A stretch of 64,000 nt of DNA from Candidatus Hydrogenedentota bacterium (GCA_016182605.1 JACPGE010000056.1:28964-92963), one strand, 5' to 3'. Shown: positions 18,069 through 28,551, numbered from the stretch's first letter. Notes: generated by a model from the letters alone, not told the origin. Numbers and translations are program-made.

Positions 18069-19999
18069 TGCCCGGCTCTGAAGCAGGTTCCCTTCCTTCA
18101 CGCCCCCTGACGCTGGCCGGAAATACGCCGGAACCCGCCCCGGCGCGTGGCCGTTTGCTCGGCTATTCGCCCGTGGCGATCATCCTGTTGCTGGGCGCCG
18201 CGGGCGCCTATTACACCCATGGCGCACTGCTCGAACAGGATCGGCTCGATCGGCGGATGGACTTCGAGCGCGACGCACGCACCTATTTCCGCGCCTTTGA
18301 ACAGCGCCTGCAATTGCACCTGAATCAAATGGATGCCCTCACCGCCTTCTTCGCCCTCGACGAACTGCCTTCGCCCCGCGCCTACCAGACCTTTGTGGGC
18401 GCCTATCTTGAACGCGCCGCCGGGGTCGAGCTAATCATCTGGTTGCCGCGCGAAAACGCCACCGTCCAGGCGCCCTACGTCATGCCGGCGGCCCATGGAG
18501 CCGCGCTTGAAGGCCGCGATTTCAGCGCCGACCCGGATGTGGCGCGGGCCATGCGCAACGCGGCAGAAAAAGCCCGCCCCTTTTACGTTTCCAACGCAGT
18601 GCTTCTCGGCGGCCTCTCTGCCGGCAACGTGCTCGCCCTGGCGCCCGTGTACCGGGGCAACGCCATTCCCGGATCCGCGGAAGGGCGGGAAGAGGCTTTG
18701 CGGGGCTACATCGCCGCCGTCTTCCGTTTGCAGATCGTGCTCGAGAGCGCACTCGACCTGGCAAAGGAACGCCGAATCGACGCCGCCATCTTCGATCCCT
18801 ATGCCGCGGACGGAATCGGACTCCTCGCCATGCGGCCCGCGCCGTCGCGCCGCGAACCGGTCGCGCCGGAACGATTGCGGCTCGTGCCCTTCTCCCCCGA
18901 TCAGGACAGCATCGATATCGATCTTGGCACGCGCCGCTGGAGTTTCGTGTGCACCGCGACACCGGAATACCTGAAGGCCCGCCCGACCAAGCGCCCCCTC
19001 TTCGGCGCCGCCGCCGCCATGGGCTTCGCGGTGCTGGTCGCGCTTTACGCCGTACTCGACATCGATCGCCGCCACCGTGTGGAACGCATCGTGGCGGTGC
19101 GCACCGCCGAATTGCGCGGCATCAACGTGCGTCTGCGCGAGGAAATTGGCGAGCGCAAGCGCTTTGAGCAGGAGTGCGACGAATTGATGCGCCTCGTGGA
19201 AAGCTCCAACGTCCAGCTCCACGCGCTGAACCACCGTCTCGCGCGCAGCAACGAAGATCTCCAGGACTTCGCCTATGTGGCCTCCCACGATCTCCAGGAG
19301 CCGCTGCGGAAGATTCGCGTTTTCGCCGGCCGCCTCCGCCAGCGCTACGAACACCTCTTCGACGAGCGCGGCGCCGAGTACGTGGACTTGATAGAAAGCG
19401 TTGCCGGGCGCATGCAGGCGCTCATCAGCGACCTGCTCAAACTTTCCCGCATCACCACGCACGGCGAGCCCTTTCGCAGGGTCGACTTGAATACGGTTCT
19501 GGAACAAGTGCTCTCCGATCTCGCCGTCCGGCTCGACGAATCGGCCGCCCAAATCGATGTTGCGCCCCTTCCGCTTATCGAGGCCGACCCCATGCAGATG
19601 CACCAGCTCTTTCTCAATCTCTTGAACAATGCCCTGAAATACCGTGCCGCTGGCCGGGCACCGCGTATTGTGGTGGCTACCGCCCCGGAAAACGGAAATT
19701 CCGGGCACGAAAATGGCTATATTTGTCTGGACGTACAGGACAACGGCATGGGCATTGAACCCGAAAACCTGGAAAAAATTTTCACCCTCTTCCATCGTGT
19801 CACCGAGAGCGCGGAACACGAAGGAGCCGGGGTAGGATTGGCCGTGTGCCGGAGAATCGTGGAGCGGCATGGAGGTAGCATCACCGTGCAGAGTGTGCCC
19901 GGTGCGGGCGCCTGCTTCCGCATCGCCCTCCCCTCCCGGCACGGCGCCGCAGAGGCGGCCGCCCCCGATGCCACGCGAACAGACTGGATATCGCCCTGA
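18068..19999 (+). CDS. Sensor histidine kinase with periplasmic CHASE-like domain
   Basis: Start at ATG 18068, overlapping the stop of the DUF1559 gene (TGATG). Two TM segments flank a ~250-aa periplasmic domain. HisKA H-box FAYVASHDLQEPLRKI. HATPase_c N/G boxes (NLLNNALKY, DNGMGI, GAGVGLAVCRRIVERHGG). Confidence 0.8.
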   Translation: MPGSEAGSLPSRPLTLAGNTPEPAPARGRLLGYSPVAIILLLGAAGAYYTHGALLEQDRLDRRMDFERDARTYFRAFEQRLQLHLNQMDALTAFFALDELPSPRAYQTFVGAYLERAAGVELIIWLPRENATVQAPYVMPAAHGAALEGRDFSADPDVARAMRNAAEKARPFYVSNAVLLGGLSAGNVLALAPVYRGNAIPGSAEGREEALRGYIAAVFRLQIVLESALDLAKERRIDAAIFDPYAADGIGLLAMRPAPSRREPVAPERLRLVPFSPDQDSIDIDLGTRRWSFVCTATPEYLKARPTKRPLFGAAAAMGFAVLVALYAVLDIDRRHRVERIVAVRTAELRGINVRLREEIGERKRFEQECDELMRLVESSNVQLHALNHRLARSNEDLQDFAYVASHDLQEPLRKIRVFAGRLRQRYEHLFDERGAEYVDLIESVAGRMQALISDLLKLSRITTHGEPFRRVDLNTVLEQVLSDLAVRLDESAAQIDVAPLPLIEADPMQMHQLFLNLLNNALKYRAAGRAPRIVVATAPENGNSGHENGYICLDVQDNGMGIEPENLEKIFTLFHRVTESAEHEGAGVGLAVCRRIVERHGGSITVQSVPGAGACFRIALPSRHGAAEAAAPDATRTDWISP

Positions 20000-20015
20000 A
20001 GCAAAGGAAGACACC

Positions 20016-21752
20016 ATGGCAGAGCGCCCCATTCGAATATTATTGATAGACGACGACCGGGCAGACTATGTCTTGACGCGCGACTACCTCGAAGAGAGTT
20101 TGGCCGGCAGGGTGCATCTCACCTGGAAAAGCTCCTACGAGGAAGGGCTTCAGGCGGCGCAACAGCTTTCCAGCGACCTCATCCTCATGGACTACCGGCT
20201 CGGCGAGCGCGATGGGCTGGCCCTCTTGCAGGAACTGCGGACGCTCCACATCACTACCCCCACAGTCATGCTCACGGCGGTGGGCGAGCGCGCCGTGGAT
20301 GAGCAGGCGCTGGAGGCGGGCGCCGCAGACTACTTGACCAAGGGCGATCTCACGCCCGCCATGCTCGAGCGCACCATTCGTTACACCCTCGCGCGGCACC
20401 AGCTCAAGCTCGAGGCGGAGCGCAGCCGGAACGACCTCCTTTCCATACTCGACCTGTTGCGCATCGGCACTGCCATGACCGATGAACAGGGGCTGCTTAC
20501 CTTCGCCAGCGAAGCCGTCGAGGGCCTGACCGGCAAACGGCGCAAGGTACTCCTCGGAAAGCCCTGGTACGATGCGCTTCCTCTCAATGGCCACGACAAG
20601 GCCGCGCTTATGGATTCCATGCACCAGCCCGCCGCACAGCGGAGCCGCCTCCCCGTGCACTGGGAATCGGCCCGGGGCACGCCCTATTGGCTGGAAATCG
20701 ACGTGCAGGACGATCCGCGCAATCCACACCGGCACATCTTCAGCATCTACGACGTGAGCAACGTGCACGGCCTGCGCAGGCTCCTGGACAAGAAGGCGCA
20801 CTTCGCCGATCTCATCGGCAAGTGCGACATGATGCAGCGCATCTACCAGCAGATCCAGGACCTCGCCGCCTTCGACACCACCGTCATGATCGAAGGCGAC
20901 ACCGGCACCGGCAAGGAACTCGTCGCGCGTGCCGTGCACTACACCAGCCACCGCAAAGACAAGCCCTTCATCGCGGTGAACTGCGCCGGCCTCACCGATT
21001 CCCTGCTCGCGAGCCAGCTCTTCGGCCACCGCCGGGGTGCCTTCACCGGCGCAGTGGACGATCACAAGGGCTTTTTCGAAGCGGCCGAGGGCGGCACGAT
21101 ATTTCTCGACGAGATTGCGGATGTGCCGCCCAACGTGCAAACCTCGCTGTTGCGCGTATTGCAGGAACGGGAGATCGTGCGCGTGGGGGATTCCACGCCC
21201 CGGAAAATCAATGTGCGCGTGCTCACGGCGACCAACCGCGATCTCAGCCGCGAAGTCATGGCAGAGCGCTTCCGCGCGGACCTGCTTTACCGCATTCGCG
21301 TCGCCCGCATTACCCTGCCGCCCCTGCGTCAGCGTCGCGAAGACATTCCCATGCTGATCGATTGGTTCCTGAGAAACTTCGAAGCCTCGTCACAAAAACG
21401 CGTGAACGGTGTGGACCAACGCGCCCTGACCGCCATCATGGACTATCCCTGGCCGGGCAACGTGCGCGAGTTGCAGCACGCCATCGAAGCGGCCGCCATC
21501 CGCTGCCGGGGGACCCAGATTACGCCCGAAGACCTCCCGCCCGAGATTACCGGAGCGCCGGTCATCCTCAACATCGTAAACCACGGCGGGGACTACCAGC
21601 TTCGGGAGCACGAGCGCATTATCGAGGCCATCAACAATGCCGGCGGCAACCGCGCGAAGGCCGCGCGGCACCTCGGAATCAGCCGCACGACACTGTACAG
21701 AAAACTCGCGGAGTTGAAAGGCAATCCGGCGCTGCCCGTGGGCGACTACTGA
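20016..21752 (+). CDS. Sigma-54-dependent response regulator (NtrC family: REC + PAS-like + AAA+ sigma-54 interaction + Fis HTH)
   Basis: ATG 20016 (MAERPIRILLIDDD) with AAGGAAG SD. GDTGTGKELVARAVH Walker A, GAFTGA, FLDEIADV Walker B. C-terminal AARHLGISRTTLYRKL HTH. Confidence 0.85.
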   Translation: MAERPIRILLIDDDRADYVLTRDYLEESLAGRVHLTWKSSYEEGLQAAQQLSSDLILMDYRLGERDGLALLQELRTLHITTPTVMLTAVGERAVDEQALEAGAADYLTKGDLTPAMLERTIRYTLARHQLKLEAERSRNDLLSILDLLRIGTAMTDEQGLLTFASEAVEGLTGKRRKVLLGKPWYDALPLNGHDKAALMDSMHQPAAQRSRLPVHWESARGTPYWLEIDVQDDPRNPHRHIFSIYDVSNVHGLRRLLDKKAHFADLIGKCDMMQRIYQQIQDLAAFDTTVMIEGDTGTGKELVARAVHYTSHRKDKPFIAVNCAGLTDSLLASQLFGHRRGAFTGAVDDHKGFFEAAEGGTIFLDEIADVPPNVQTSLLRVLQEREIVRVGDSTPRKINVRVLTATNRDLSREVMAERFRADLLYRIRVARITLPPLRQRREDIPMLIDWFLRNFEASSQKRVNGVDQRALTAIMDYPWPGNVRELQHAIEAAAIRCRGTQITPEDLPPEITGAPVILNIVNHGGDYQLREHERIIEAINNAGGNRAKAARHLGISRTTLYRKLAELKGNPALPVGDY

Positions 21753-21842
21753 GCAACTGAACCAGGGTCGATATCGATTGCAGGGTCAGCAAGGGTCTAT
21801 CCGCCTCCCGCTGTCCTTTCCGTCCATGCTTCCCCCAAGCGC

Positions 21843-23324
21843 TCAGGCAATGATCTCCCGGATGGGCTCCGCACCCTCGACCCCAACCAGCTTCTCATCC
21901 AGGCCGTTGTAAAAATAACTGAGGCCGTTCGGATCCAAACCCATTTGTTGAAGCACCGTCGCGTGGAGATGTTTCACATGATACGGCTTCTCTACGGCCT
22001 CGCTGCCAAGCTCGTCCGTCTGCCCGATACTCATGCCGCCCTTGATCCCGCCGCCCGCCATCCACATCGTGAAGCCCGCCGAGTTGTGATCGCGGCCCGT
22101 GCCCTTCTCGTATTCCGCCGTCGGCTGCCGCCCAAACTCGCCCCCCCAGATGATCAGCGTCTCGTCGAGCAGGCCCCGCTGCTTCAGATCCTTGATCAGC
22201 CCTGCAATCGGCCGATCCGTGTTCCCCGCATGGTAATCGTGATTCGTCTTCAGATCGCCGTGGGCATCCCAGTTGTCGTCGTTGTGGGCGCCGCCGGAAT
22301 AGATCTGAATAAAGCGCACGCCCCGCTCCACCAGCCGGCGCGCAAGCAGGCACTTGCGCCCGAAATCCTCCGTGCGTTCCTGGTCGATGCCGTAGAGACG
22401 CTTTATGTGTTCGGGCTCGTCGTCGATGTTCACCGTCTCCGGCGCGGTCATCTGCATGCGGTAGGCCAGCTCATAATTCGCGATGCGCGCCGCCAGATCC
22501 GTGTTGTCCACGCGCGTGGCCAGGTGGCCCTCATTGAAATGCCGCAGGTGATCCAGCAGCACGCGCTGTTCCGCCGCGCTCATCTCCGCATGCGAACGCA
22601 GGTTGAGGATCGGCGATCCCTTCGGCTTGAAGACCGTCGCCTCATAGCTCGCCGGCATGAAGCCGCTGCTCCAGTTTTTCGCGCCGCTGATCGGGCCCCC
22701 GGTCTTGTCCAGCATCACCACATAGCCGGGCAGATCCTCGTTCACCGTCCCCAGGCCATAATTCACCCACGATCCCAGCGACGGGCTGCCGCTGAGGATC
22801 CGGCCAGAGTTCATCATCAGCATGGCCGAACCGTGAATGGGGGAATCTGCCGTCATGGATTTGAGGAACGCAATATCGTCAACACAGGTGGAAAGATGCG
22901 GGAAAAGCTCCGAGACCCACTGTCCGGACTGTCCGTACTGCTTGAAACTCCACTTGGGGCCGACGATGCGCCCTTCATTCTTCTTGCCGCCGCGCCCGAA
23001 GGTCTTCACCTCCACCGTCTTTCCGTCCAGCCGGTAGAGTTCCGGCTTGTAGTCAAAGGTGTCCACGTGGCTCGGTCCGCCGTACATGAAGAGAAAGATA
23101 ACGCTCTTCGCCACCGGCGGGAGATGACCGGCCCGGGGGGCAAGCGGATTCTTGAACGGGGTGAGGCCGTCCGCGCAGACCGTTTGCGATCCGAAGAAGC
23201 GGTCTTCTGCCAGCAGGCCCGTGAGCGCGAGCGAGGTAAAGCCGCCGCCCACGGTGCGCAGGAACTCCCGGCGCGTGCGGCCGCAGAACGTGTTCTTCGG
23301 TTTAGGGGTGTTGTTGGAAGCCAT
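21843..23324 (-). CDS. DUF1501 (sulfatase-like fold) protein with Tat signal
   Basis: RREFLRTVGGGFTSLALTG twin-arginine signal. FMYGGPSHVDTFDYKP and GGEFGRQP, typical of DUF1501. Confidence 0.85.
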   Translation of the reverse strand: MASNNTPKPKNTFCGRTRREFLRTVGGGFTSLALTGLLAEDRFFGSQTVCADGLTPFKNPLAPRAGHLPPVAKSVIFLFMYGGPSHVDTFDYKPELYRLDGKTVEVKTFGRGGKKNEGRIVGPKWSFKQYGQSGQWVSELFPHLSTCVDDIAFLKSMTADSPIHGSAMLMMNSGRILSGSPSLGSWVNYGLGTVNEDLPGYVVMLDKTGGPISGAKNWSSGFMPASYEATVFKPKGSPILNLRSHAEMSAAEQRVLLDHLRHFNEGHLATRVDNTDLAARIANYELAYRMQMTAPETVNIDDEPEHIKRLYGIDQERTEDFGRKCLLARRLVERGVRFIQIYSGGAHNDDNWDAHGDLKTNHDYHAGNTDRPIAGLIKDLKQRGLLDETLIIWGGEFGRQPTAEYEKGTGRDHNSAGFTMWMAGGGIKGGMSIGQTDELGSEAVEKPYHVKHLHATVLQQMGLDPNGLSYFYNGLDEKLVGVEGAEPIREIIA

Positions 23325-23339
23325 GGTGCATCACTCCGT

Positions 23340-26279
23340 TCAATCCAGAAACACAAATTCGTTCAGGTTCAACGCCAGCAGGCAAAAACGCTCCAGTGCC
23401 GTCTCCGCGTCAAGTTGGTGCTGCTGTGCCAACTCCGAGATGAGTTGCAGCCCCCGCGCCGTCTCCTCCGGGCGCGGCGCGCGGCCCGTCGCAAGATGCA
23501 GGCCCCGCGTAACACACGCTTCCGTGTCGCTGCCCGCTTCCGCACGCAGGCGCTGCGCAAATTGCGCGGCCTCTTTGAAGATAAACTCGCTGTTGATCAT
23601 GTTGAGCGCTTGGCCCGGTTGTGTGGTGACGAAGCGCACAGGACACGTGTCGTCCGTGTCCGCCAGGTCGTAGTCGGCCAGCAGCGGCATGAGGAGCGAC
23701 CGCTTCACATGTATGTACAGACTCCGCCGCGTGTATTCCTCGGGCGGCGAGTCCTTCCAGACCGAGCCCGGCATGGACGACGTAGCAAGCACTTCGGCGG
23801 GCATGGGCGGATAGACACTCGGGCCGCCCATCTTGAGATTGATCGATCCGTTCACCGCCAGGATGGAATCGCGCAATTCCTCCGCTGTCAGCCGCCGCAT
23901 GTTGAAGCGCCAGAAGAGGTGGTTCATCGGATCCTTTTCCAGGCCCGCGCTGTTGCCCTCCGCGCTCATCTGGTAGGTGCTCGAAAGCATCATCAACCGG
24001 TGCATATCCTTGATGCGCCAGCCGCCCGCAACGAACTCCGTTGCGATCCAGTCCAGGAGTTCCGGGTGCGTGGGCTGGATGCCCATTCGCCCGAAATTGT
24101 TGCTTGATCGCACAATGCCGCGGCCAAAATGATATTGCCAGATCCGGTTCGCCATGACGCGCGCCGTCAAGGGATTCTCCGCGCTGGCAAGCCACGACGC
24201 CAGCACACGGCGTCGGCCCGTCGTGGGTGCGCCCGGTTTGGGCTCCGGGATCACCGGTTCTGGCGGATTCAATATTTCCGGGTAGCCCGGGGTCACTTCC
24301 GATCCCGGCACATGCGGGTTGCCGCGCACCAGCATATGCGTCGCACGCGGCACGCCCCCCGTCTCCTGTACCGCCGTGGCCCAGCGCCCTTCCACCGCGA
24401 TCGCCTCGGCCTCGGCCAGGAGCCGCGCATTCTTCTTGTAATTGAAATACCACTCTGCCCCCATCAGTTGCCGGGCCTCGTCCCGAATCGTCTTGTCCAG
24501 ATCGGCTGGAGGAACTGCGTCTCGCGCCACGCTCAGCGCCCGCTCCGGCATATCCGATCCGCTCCAATACAGTTCCAGCACCGGCATCTCGGAGCGGTTG
24601 ATATATTCCAGGCGGAATGCGCGCAGCCCTTCGCCGAGCGTTATCATCGCCGTGGATTCCGGCAATGTCGCGGTGTCCGCCTCAACGGCAAGTTGCCCGT
24701 CAATGCTCAGGCGTGCCGCCGCCGTGGCGCGCAGGCGGAACGTATATTCGCCGGATCGCGGCGTTTGCAACTGACCCGCGTACACCAGCCCAATCGCGTC
24801 GTCGCGGCTCGCCGGGCCCAGCGTCACGAAGTTGCGCGGCAAGCCGCCCGTGGCCTCCGGCTTGAAGCCGCTGAAGTCGGGGATCGCGTCCCACGTGTTG
24901 CGGTAGAACTCGTAGCGCAGATTCGAAAGCCCCGATTGCATTGCTGCGCCACCGGCAGCGTTGCCCGAATGCGCGTCACGTTGGAGAATGAACGCCTCGC
25001 GCAGGGCGAACTGCTCCGCGCGCAGGGCCTCCAGTTTCTCGTTCTTCGCCCGCATCGCCGCATCGAAACCCGCCTGCTCTTCTGGAGTGAGAATGCTGGA
25101 GAGCACGGAGTTCGCATCGTTGCGCTTCATCTCCGTGAGGTTGTTGAAGAACGCCAGGAAGCGGTAGTAGTCACGCTGGGGAATTGGGTCGATCTTGTGA
25201 TCGTGGCAGCGCGCGCAGCCCATCGTGGTGCCCAGAAAAACCTGCCCCGCGGTATCCACCACATTGTCCAGCACATCGTATCGCGCCAGTTCCGGGTCCG
25301 CAGGCTCATCATCCCAGATGCCCAGCCGGTGGAAGCCCGTCGCCGTGATCGTATCCGGCGTCACCGTGTCCAGTTCGTCGCCCGCTATCTGCTCGCGGAT
25401 AAACTGATCGTAGGGCATGTCCTGATTGAACGCGTTCACCACATAGTCGCGGTAGCGCCACATGTACGGCTTCTCGCCATCGCGCTCATACCCGTTGGTT
25501 TCGGCATAACCCACGAGATCCAGCCAGTGACGCCCCCACTTCTCGCCGTAGTGCGGCGAAGCCAGCAACTGCTCGACAAGTTGGGCATAGGCGTCGGGCC
25601 GCGCGTCGTTCACAAACGCCTCCACTTGTTCCGGAGTGGGGGGGAGCCCAAGGAGATCGTAGTAGACTCTGCGCACGAGCGCACCACGGCTCGCAGGGGG
25701 CGCCGGCGTGAGGCCGGCCTTTTCCAGGCCATGCAGTACAAACGCATCCACGGGATTGCGCACCCATCCCGCGTCTTGCACCTCGGGCACTGCGGGGCGC
25801 TTCACCGGCTGGTAGGCCCAATACTGGCGCGTTAGTTCGTTGATCTCGTTGAGGGCAGGCTCGGCCGGCGCCGCGGGCACGCCCTCCTCGTCATACGGCG
25901 CGCCAAGAAGCACCCACTGCGTGAGCAGGGCAATCTGGTCATCGGGCAGCTTTCCCGCTGGCGGCATTTCGTGGTGCTCGTCCTTGTGACTCAGCATCGC
26001 GAGCAGCACACTGGCATCAGGATCGTCAAAATCGACCGCCGGACCGCGCGCGGCGCCCTTGATCAGCCCGGCCCGTGTCGTAAGCGTGAAATCCCCCTTG
26101 ACCTTCTCGCCGCCGCCATGGCACTTGAAGCAGTGCTCCGCCAGGATCGGTTTGATGGAGTCCCGGTAGAAAACGAGGGGGTCTTCCTGCGCCGAGGCCG
26201 CGCCTCCAGCCATGGCAATGGAGATTAGCAACGCTCCAAACAGGCCCTTACTTACTGCCACCCGCAAACTGCCCATCAA
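23340..26279 (-). CDS. PSCyt1/PSCyt2/PSD1 (DUF1549/DUF1553) planctomycete cytochrome-c-domain protein
   Basis: N-terminal signal peptide. AEHCFKCHGGGEKVKG heme motif (PSCyt1). Central ARCHDHKIDP (DUF1549-like). Canonical partner of the downstream DUF1501 gene. Confidence 0.85.
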   Translation of the reverse strand: MMGSLRVAVSKGLFGALLISIAMAGGAASAQEDPLVFYRDSIKPILAEHCFKCHGGGEKVKGDFTLTTRAGLIKGAARGPAVDFDDPDASVLLAMLSHKDEHHEMPPAGKLPDDQIALLTQWVLLGAPYDEEGVPAAPAEPALNEINELTRQYWAYQPVKRPAVPEVQDAGWVRNPVDAFVLHGLEKAGLTPAPPASRGALVRRVYYDLLGLPPTPEQVEAFVNDARPDAYAQLVEQLLASPHYGEKWGRHWLDLVGYAETNGYERDGEKPYMWRYRDYVVNAFNQDMPYDQFIREQIAGDELDTVTPDTITATGFHRLGIWDDEPADPELARYDVLDNVVDTAGQVFLGTTMGCARCHDHKIDPIPQRDYYRFLAFFNNLTEMKRNDANSVLSSILTPEEQAGFDAAMRAKNEKLEALRAEQFALREAFILQRDAHSGNAAGGAAMQSGLSNLRYEFYRNTWDAIPDFSGFKPEATGGLPRNFVTLGPASRDDAIGLVYAGQLQTPRSGEYTFRLRATAAARLSIDGQLAVEADTATLPESTAMITLGEGLRAFRLEYINRSEMPVLELYWSGSDMPERALSVARDAVPPADLDKTIRDEARQLMGAEWYFNYKKNARLLAEAEAIAVEGRWATAVQETGGVPRATHMLVRGNPHVPGSEVTPGYPEILNPPEPVIPEPKPGAPTTGRRRVLASWLASAENPLTARVMANRIWQYHFGRGIVRSSNNFGRMGIQPTHPELLDWIATEFVAGGWRIKDMHRLMMLSSTYQMSAEGNSAGLEKDPMNHLFWRFNMRRLTAEELRDSILAVNGSINLKMGGPSVYPPMPAEVLATSSMPGSVWKDSPPEEYTRRSLYIHVKRSLLMPLLADYDLADTDDTCPVRFVTTQPGQALNMINSEFIFKEAAQFAQRLRAEAGSDTEACVTRGLHLATGRAPRPEETARGLQLISELAQQHQLDAETALERFCLLALNLNEFVFLD

Positions 26280-26404
26280 ACACGGTCTCCCGGTAATGCA
26301 CCCGTTCCTTAGTATGCCCGAGCCAGCACCGATTCACAAACTGAGACCAGGGTTTACTCCATCCCTCCCCTCAGTTACCATGGGGCTACGAAGGAGACCC
26401 CCCC

Positions 26405-27625
26405 ATGCTCAACGATACCTCGCTCCGGGCTTGCACCCAATACGTGCTCGACCAGACCCGCCACGTCATCGAAACCATCGGCGTGCGCCCGCCCGGAAGC
26501 GCTGCCGAACGCAAGTCGCAGGAGTACATACGCGAGGAGTTGCGGGCCAGCTGTGACACCGAGCCCTTCCTGGAGGAGTTCCCCGTGGCCCCGAAGGCCT
26601 TCATGAGCTTCCAGCCGATCATGGGCGCCCTGCTGCTCGGGGCCATGGTGGCCTATTGGTTTTATCCTGCGACGGCGTTCTTATTGAGTACGCTGGCGCT
26701 CTTCGTCTACTTGACCGAATTCGTCCAGTACCGTGAAATGCTCGATGTCTTCTTTCCCAAACAGATCTCGTGCAACGTGGGCGCGTACCAGCGGCCCGCC
26801 GGGGAAGTGAAGCGGCGCTTCATCATCAACGCCCATCCAGACGGCGCATACGAATGGCGCTATCACTACCACTGGCCGAAGCAGTTCAAGTTCATCATCC
26901 TCTATTCTCTGGCGTCCAGCGCGTTTGTCTTCGCCACCAATGTGGCCGCCATTAAGAACGACTGGAGTGGGGGATACCAGGGGGTCTGGCTTGTCGTGGG
27001 GCTGCTGCAACTCCTGTGTGTCCCGGCTCTCATCAGCGCCTTCTTCTACACCAACTTCAAGGTCACCGTGCCGGGCGCCAACGACAACCTTTCCGGCTGC
27101 TTTATTGCCTTGGGGGTCTTGAAGCATATGCGTGAGGCCGGCGTGCAGTTGCAGCACACGGAACTCGGCGTGCTCATCACCGGCTCGGAAGAAGCCGCCC
27201 TGCGCGGCGCCAAGGCCTTCGCGCGCAAACACCCCCGCGACTTCGACGATGTGGAAACCATCTTCATCACGCTCGACACCTTCCGCGATCTCGAGCATTT
27301 CATGGTCGTGGGCCGTGACCTGAATGCGTTGGTGAGGCACGATCGGGCGGTGTGCGAACTGCTGCAGAACGCGGGAGACGCAGCCGGACACCCCTTGCCC
27401 CTGGGCAAGATCCCCCTCGGCGCCTCCGATGCCGCGGCCTTCACGCAGGGCGGTTACCGCGCCGCCGCCCTCGCCGCCATGGACCCCGCGCCCGCCGACT
27501 TCTACCACACCCGCCGCGACAACTGGGACAACATGAATCCGGAATGTATCCGCGCCTGTGTCGAAGTGGTGGTGGAGGCCATCCGCCAATACGATGAAAA
27601 AGGCTTGCCCTTCACGGTGGTCTGA
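26405..27625 (+). CDS. M28-family zinc metallopeptidase, membrane-associated
   Basis: Several TM helices, then GANDNLSGCF and TGSEE M28 metal-ligand motifs. AAGGAGA SD upstream. Confidence 0.65.
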   Translation: MLNDTSLRACTQYVLDQTRHVIETIGVRPPGSAAERKSQEYIREELRASCDTEPFLEEFPVAPKAFMSFQPIMGALLLGAMVAYWFYPATAFLLSTLALFVYLTEFVQYREMLDVFFPKQISCNVGAYQRPAGEVKRRFIINAHPDGAYEWRYHYHWPKQFKFIILYSLASSAFVFATNVAAIKNDWSGGYQGVWLVVGLLQLLCVPALISAFFYTNFKVTVPGANDNLSGCFIALGVLKHMREAGVQLQHTELGVLITGSEEAALRGAKAFARKHPRDFDDVETIFITLDTFRDLEHFMVVGRDLNALVRHDRAVCELLQNAGDAAGHPLPLGKIPLGASDAAAFTQGGYRAAALAAMDPAPADFYHTRRDNWDNMNPECIRACVEVVVEAIRQYDEKGLPFTVV

Positions 27626-27637
27626 GAGAGGCGGTGC

Positions 27638-28240
27638 TTACGGGTTCTTATACACCGCCGCTTCCGGGTCGCCGCCAGCCTCTACAAAGGCGAGCAAGTC
27701 CAGAATCTCCGCCGCCGTAAACGTGGACAACAGGCTCGTCGGCATCGCCGAGAGCGGGGCCTTGCGCAAGGCTTCAATCTCCGATCGCGGAATGACAAGC
27801 GGCTCTTCGGAATAGAAGACCGCATCCCGGATCGTGATCGCGTCTTTCCCTTCTTCGACGAGAAAGCCGGTGACGGCCGTGTAATCCGATTTCATCACCA
27901 GATAGGCCGTGTACTCCGGGTCGATTTTCAGAGAGGGTTCCAGAATCTGGCGCAAGAGTTCCACGCCCTTGAACTTCTCCTGCACCTTCGACAAATCGGG
28001 GCCAATGGGAAATCCCTCACCCTTCAGCAGGTGGCACTTCGTACAGCCGGTCTCCTGAAAGATCTTGCGGCCCGCCTCGAAATGGCGCGGCCTCTGGTCC
28101 TGCTTCAGCACGGGTTCCAGATCGGCAACGGTCCACAGCTTCACGAATTTACGTTCCGGGGTGGCGGCGGGAGCCTCAGTTGGAGCAACCAGTTGTGACA
28201 TCACACAGATTCCAGCAATTACGATCTGCGACATGAACAT
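27638..28240 (-). CDS. Secreted PVC-type heme-binding (CxxCH) cytochrome c domain protein
   Basis: Start at ATG (MFMSQIVIAGICVMSQLVAPTEAPAA signal peptide). GCTKCHLLKGEGFPIGPDLSKV. Homologous to the C-terminal domain of the 46247..49798 protein (ANCHVFGTVGKGGGPDLSTV). Confidence 0.65.
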   Translation of the reverse strand: MFMSQIVIAGICVMSQLVAPTEAPAATPERKFVKLWTVADLEPVLKQDQRPRHFEAGRKIFQETGCTKCHLLKGEGFPIGPDLSKVQEKFKGVELLRQILEPSLKIDPEYTAYLVMKSDYTAVTGFLVEEGKDAITIRDAVFYSEEPLVIPRSEIEALRKAPLSAMPTSLLSTFTAAEILDLLAFVEAGGDPEAAVYKNP

Positions 28241-28390
28241 AGGTTGAAGGCCTCTTGCGGGGGCAGGCAGATTGCCACCAAGGGGAATAAGGGGCGGCCG
28301 GTGGAAATCCGCCAAAGGGCCCGCCGCGCAACGATGGGGCAGTATAGCCGGTGCATGGGGCAGAACGCCAAAGCGCAGGTGTGCCTTTAA

Positions 28391-28420
28391 GTAGGCCTTC
28401 GCTCGCCGAGCGCAGGCATT
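28391..28420. repeat. REP-like palindromic element copy upstream of the RAYT gene
   Basis: gtaggccttcgctcgccgagcgcaggcatt; near-identical to the arm sequence repeated in the 29252..29661 array. Confidence 0.6.
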
Positions 28421-28551
28421 GGCACATATTTCGATTCGGCAGCTTCAGGGGGAAGACATCGAGGATTTAACTGGTGCCTCCGAATCAGACATTGTATCCT
28501 GTGAAATAGAATGTGCGACGTTAGAATACAGGTGTCCGGGACGGCGTTGTT

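Noticed and set aside
18431-21140. 533-aa and 366-aa minus-strand ORFs
   Set aside because: Antisense to the histidine kinase and NtrC-type regulator genes.
21945-25835. 720-aa and 568-aa plus-strand ORFs
   Set aside because: Antisense to the DUF1501 and PSCyt/DUF1553 genes.
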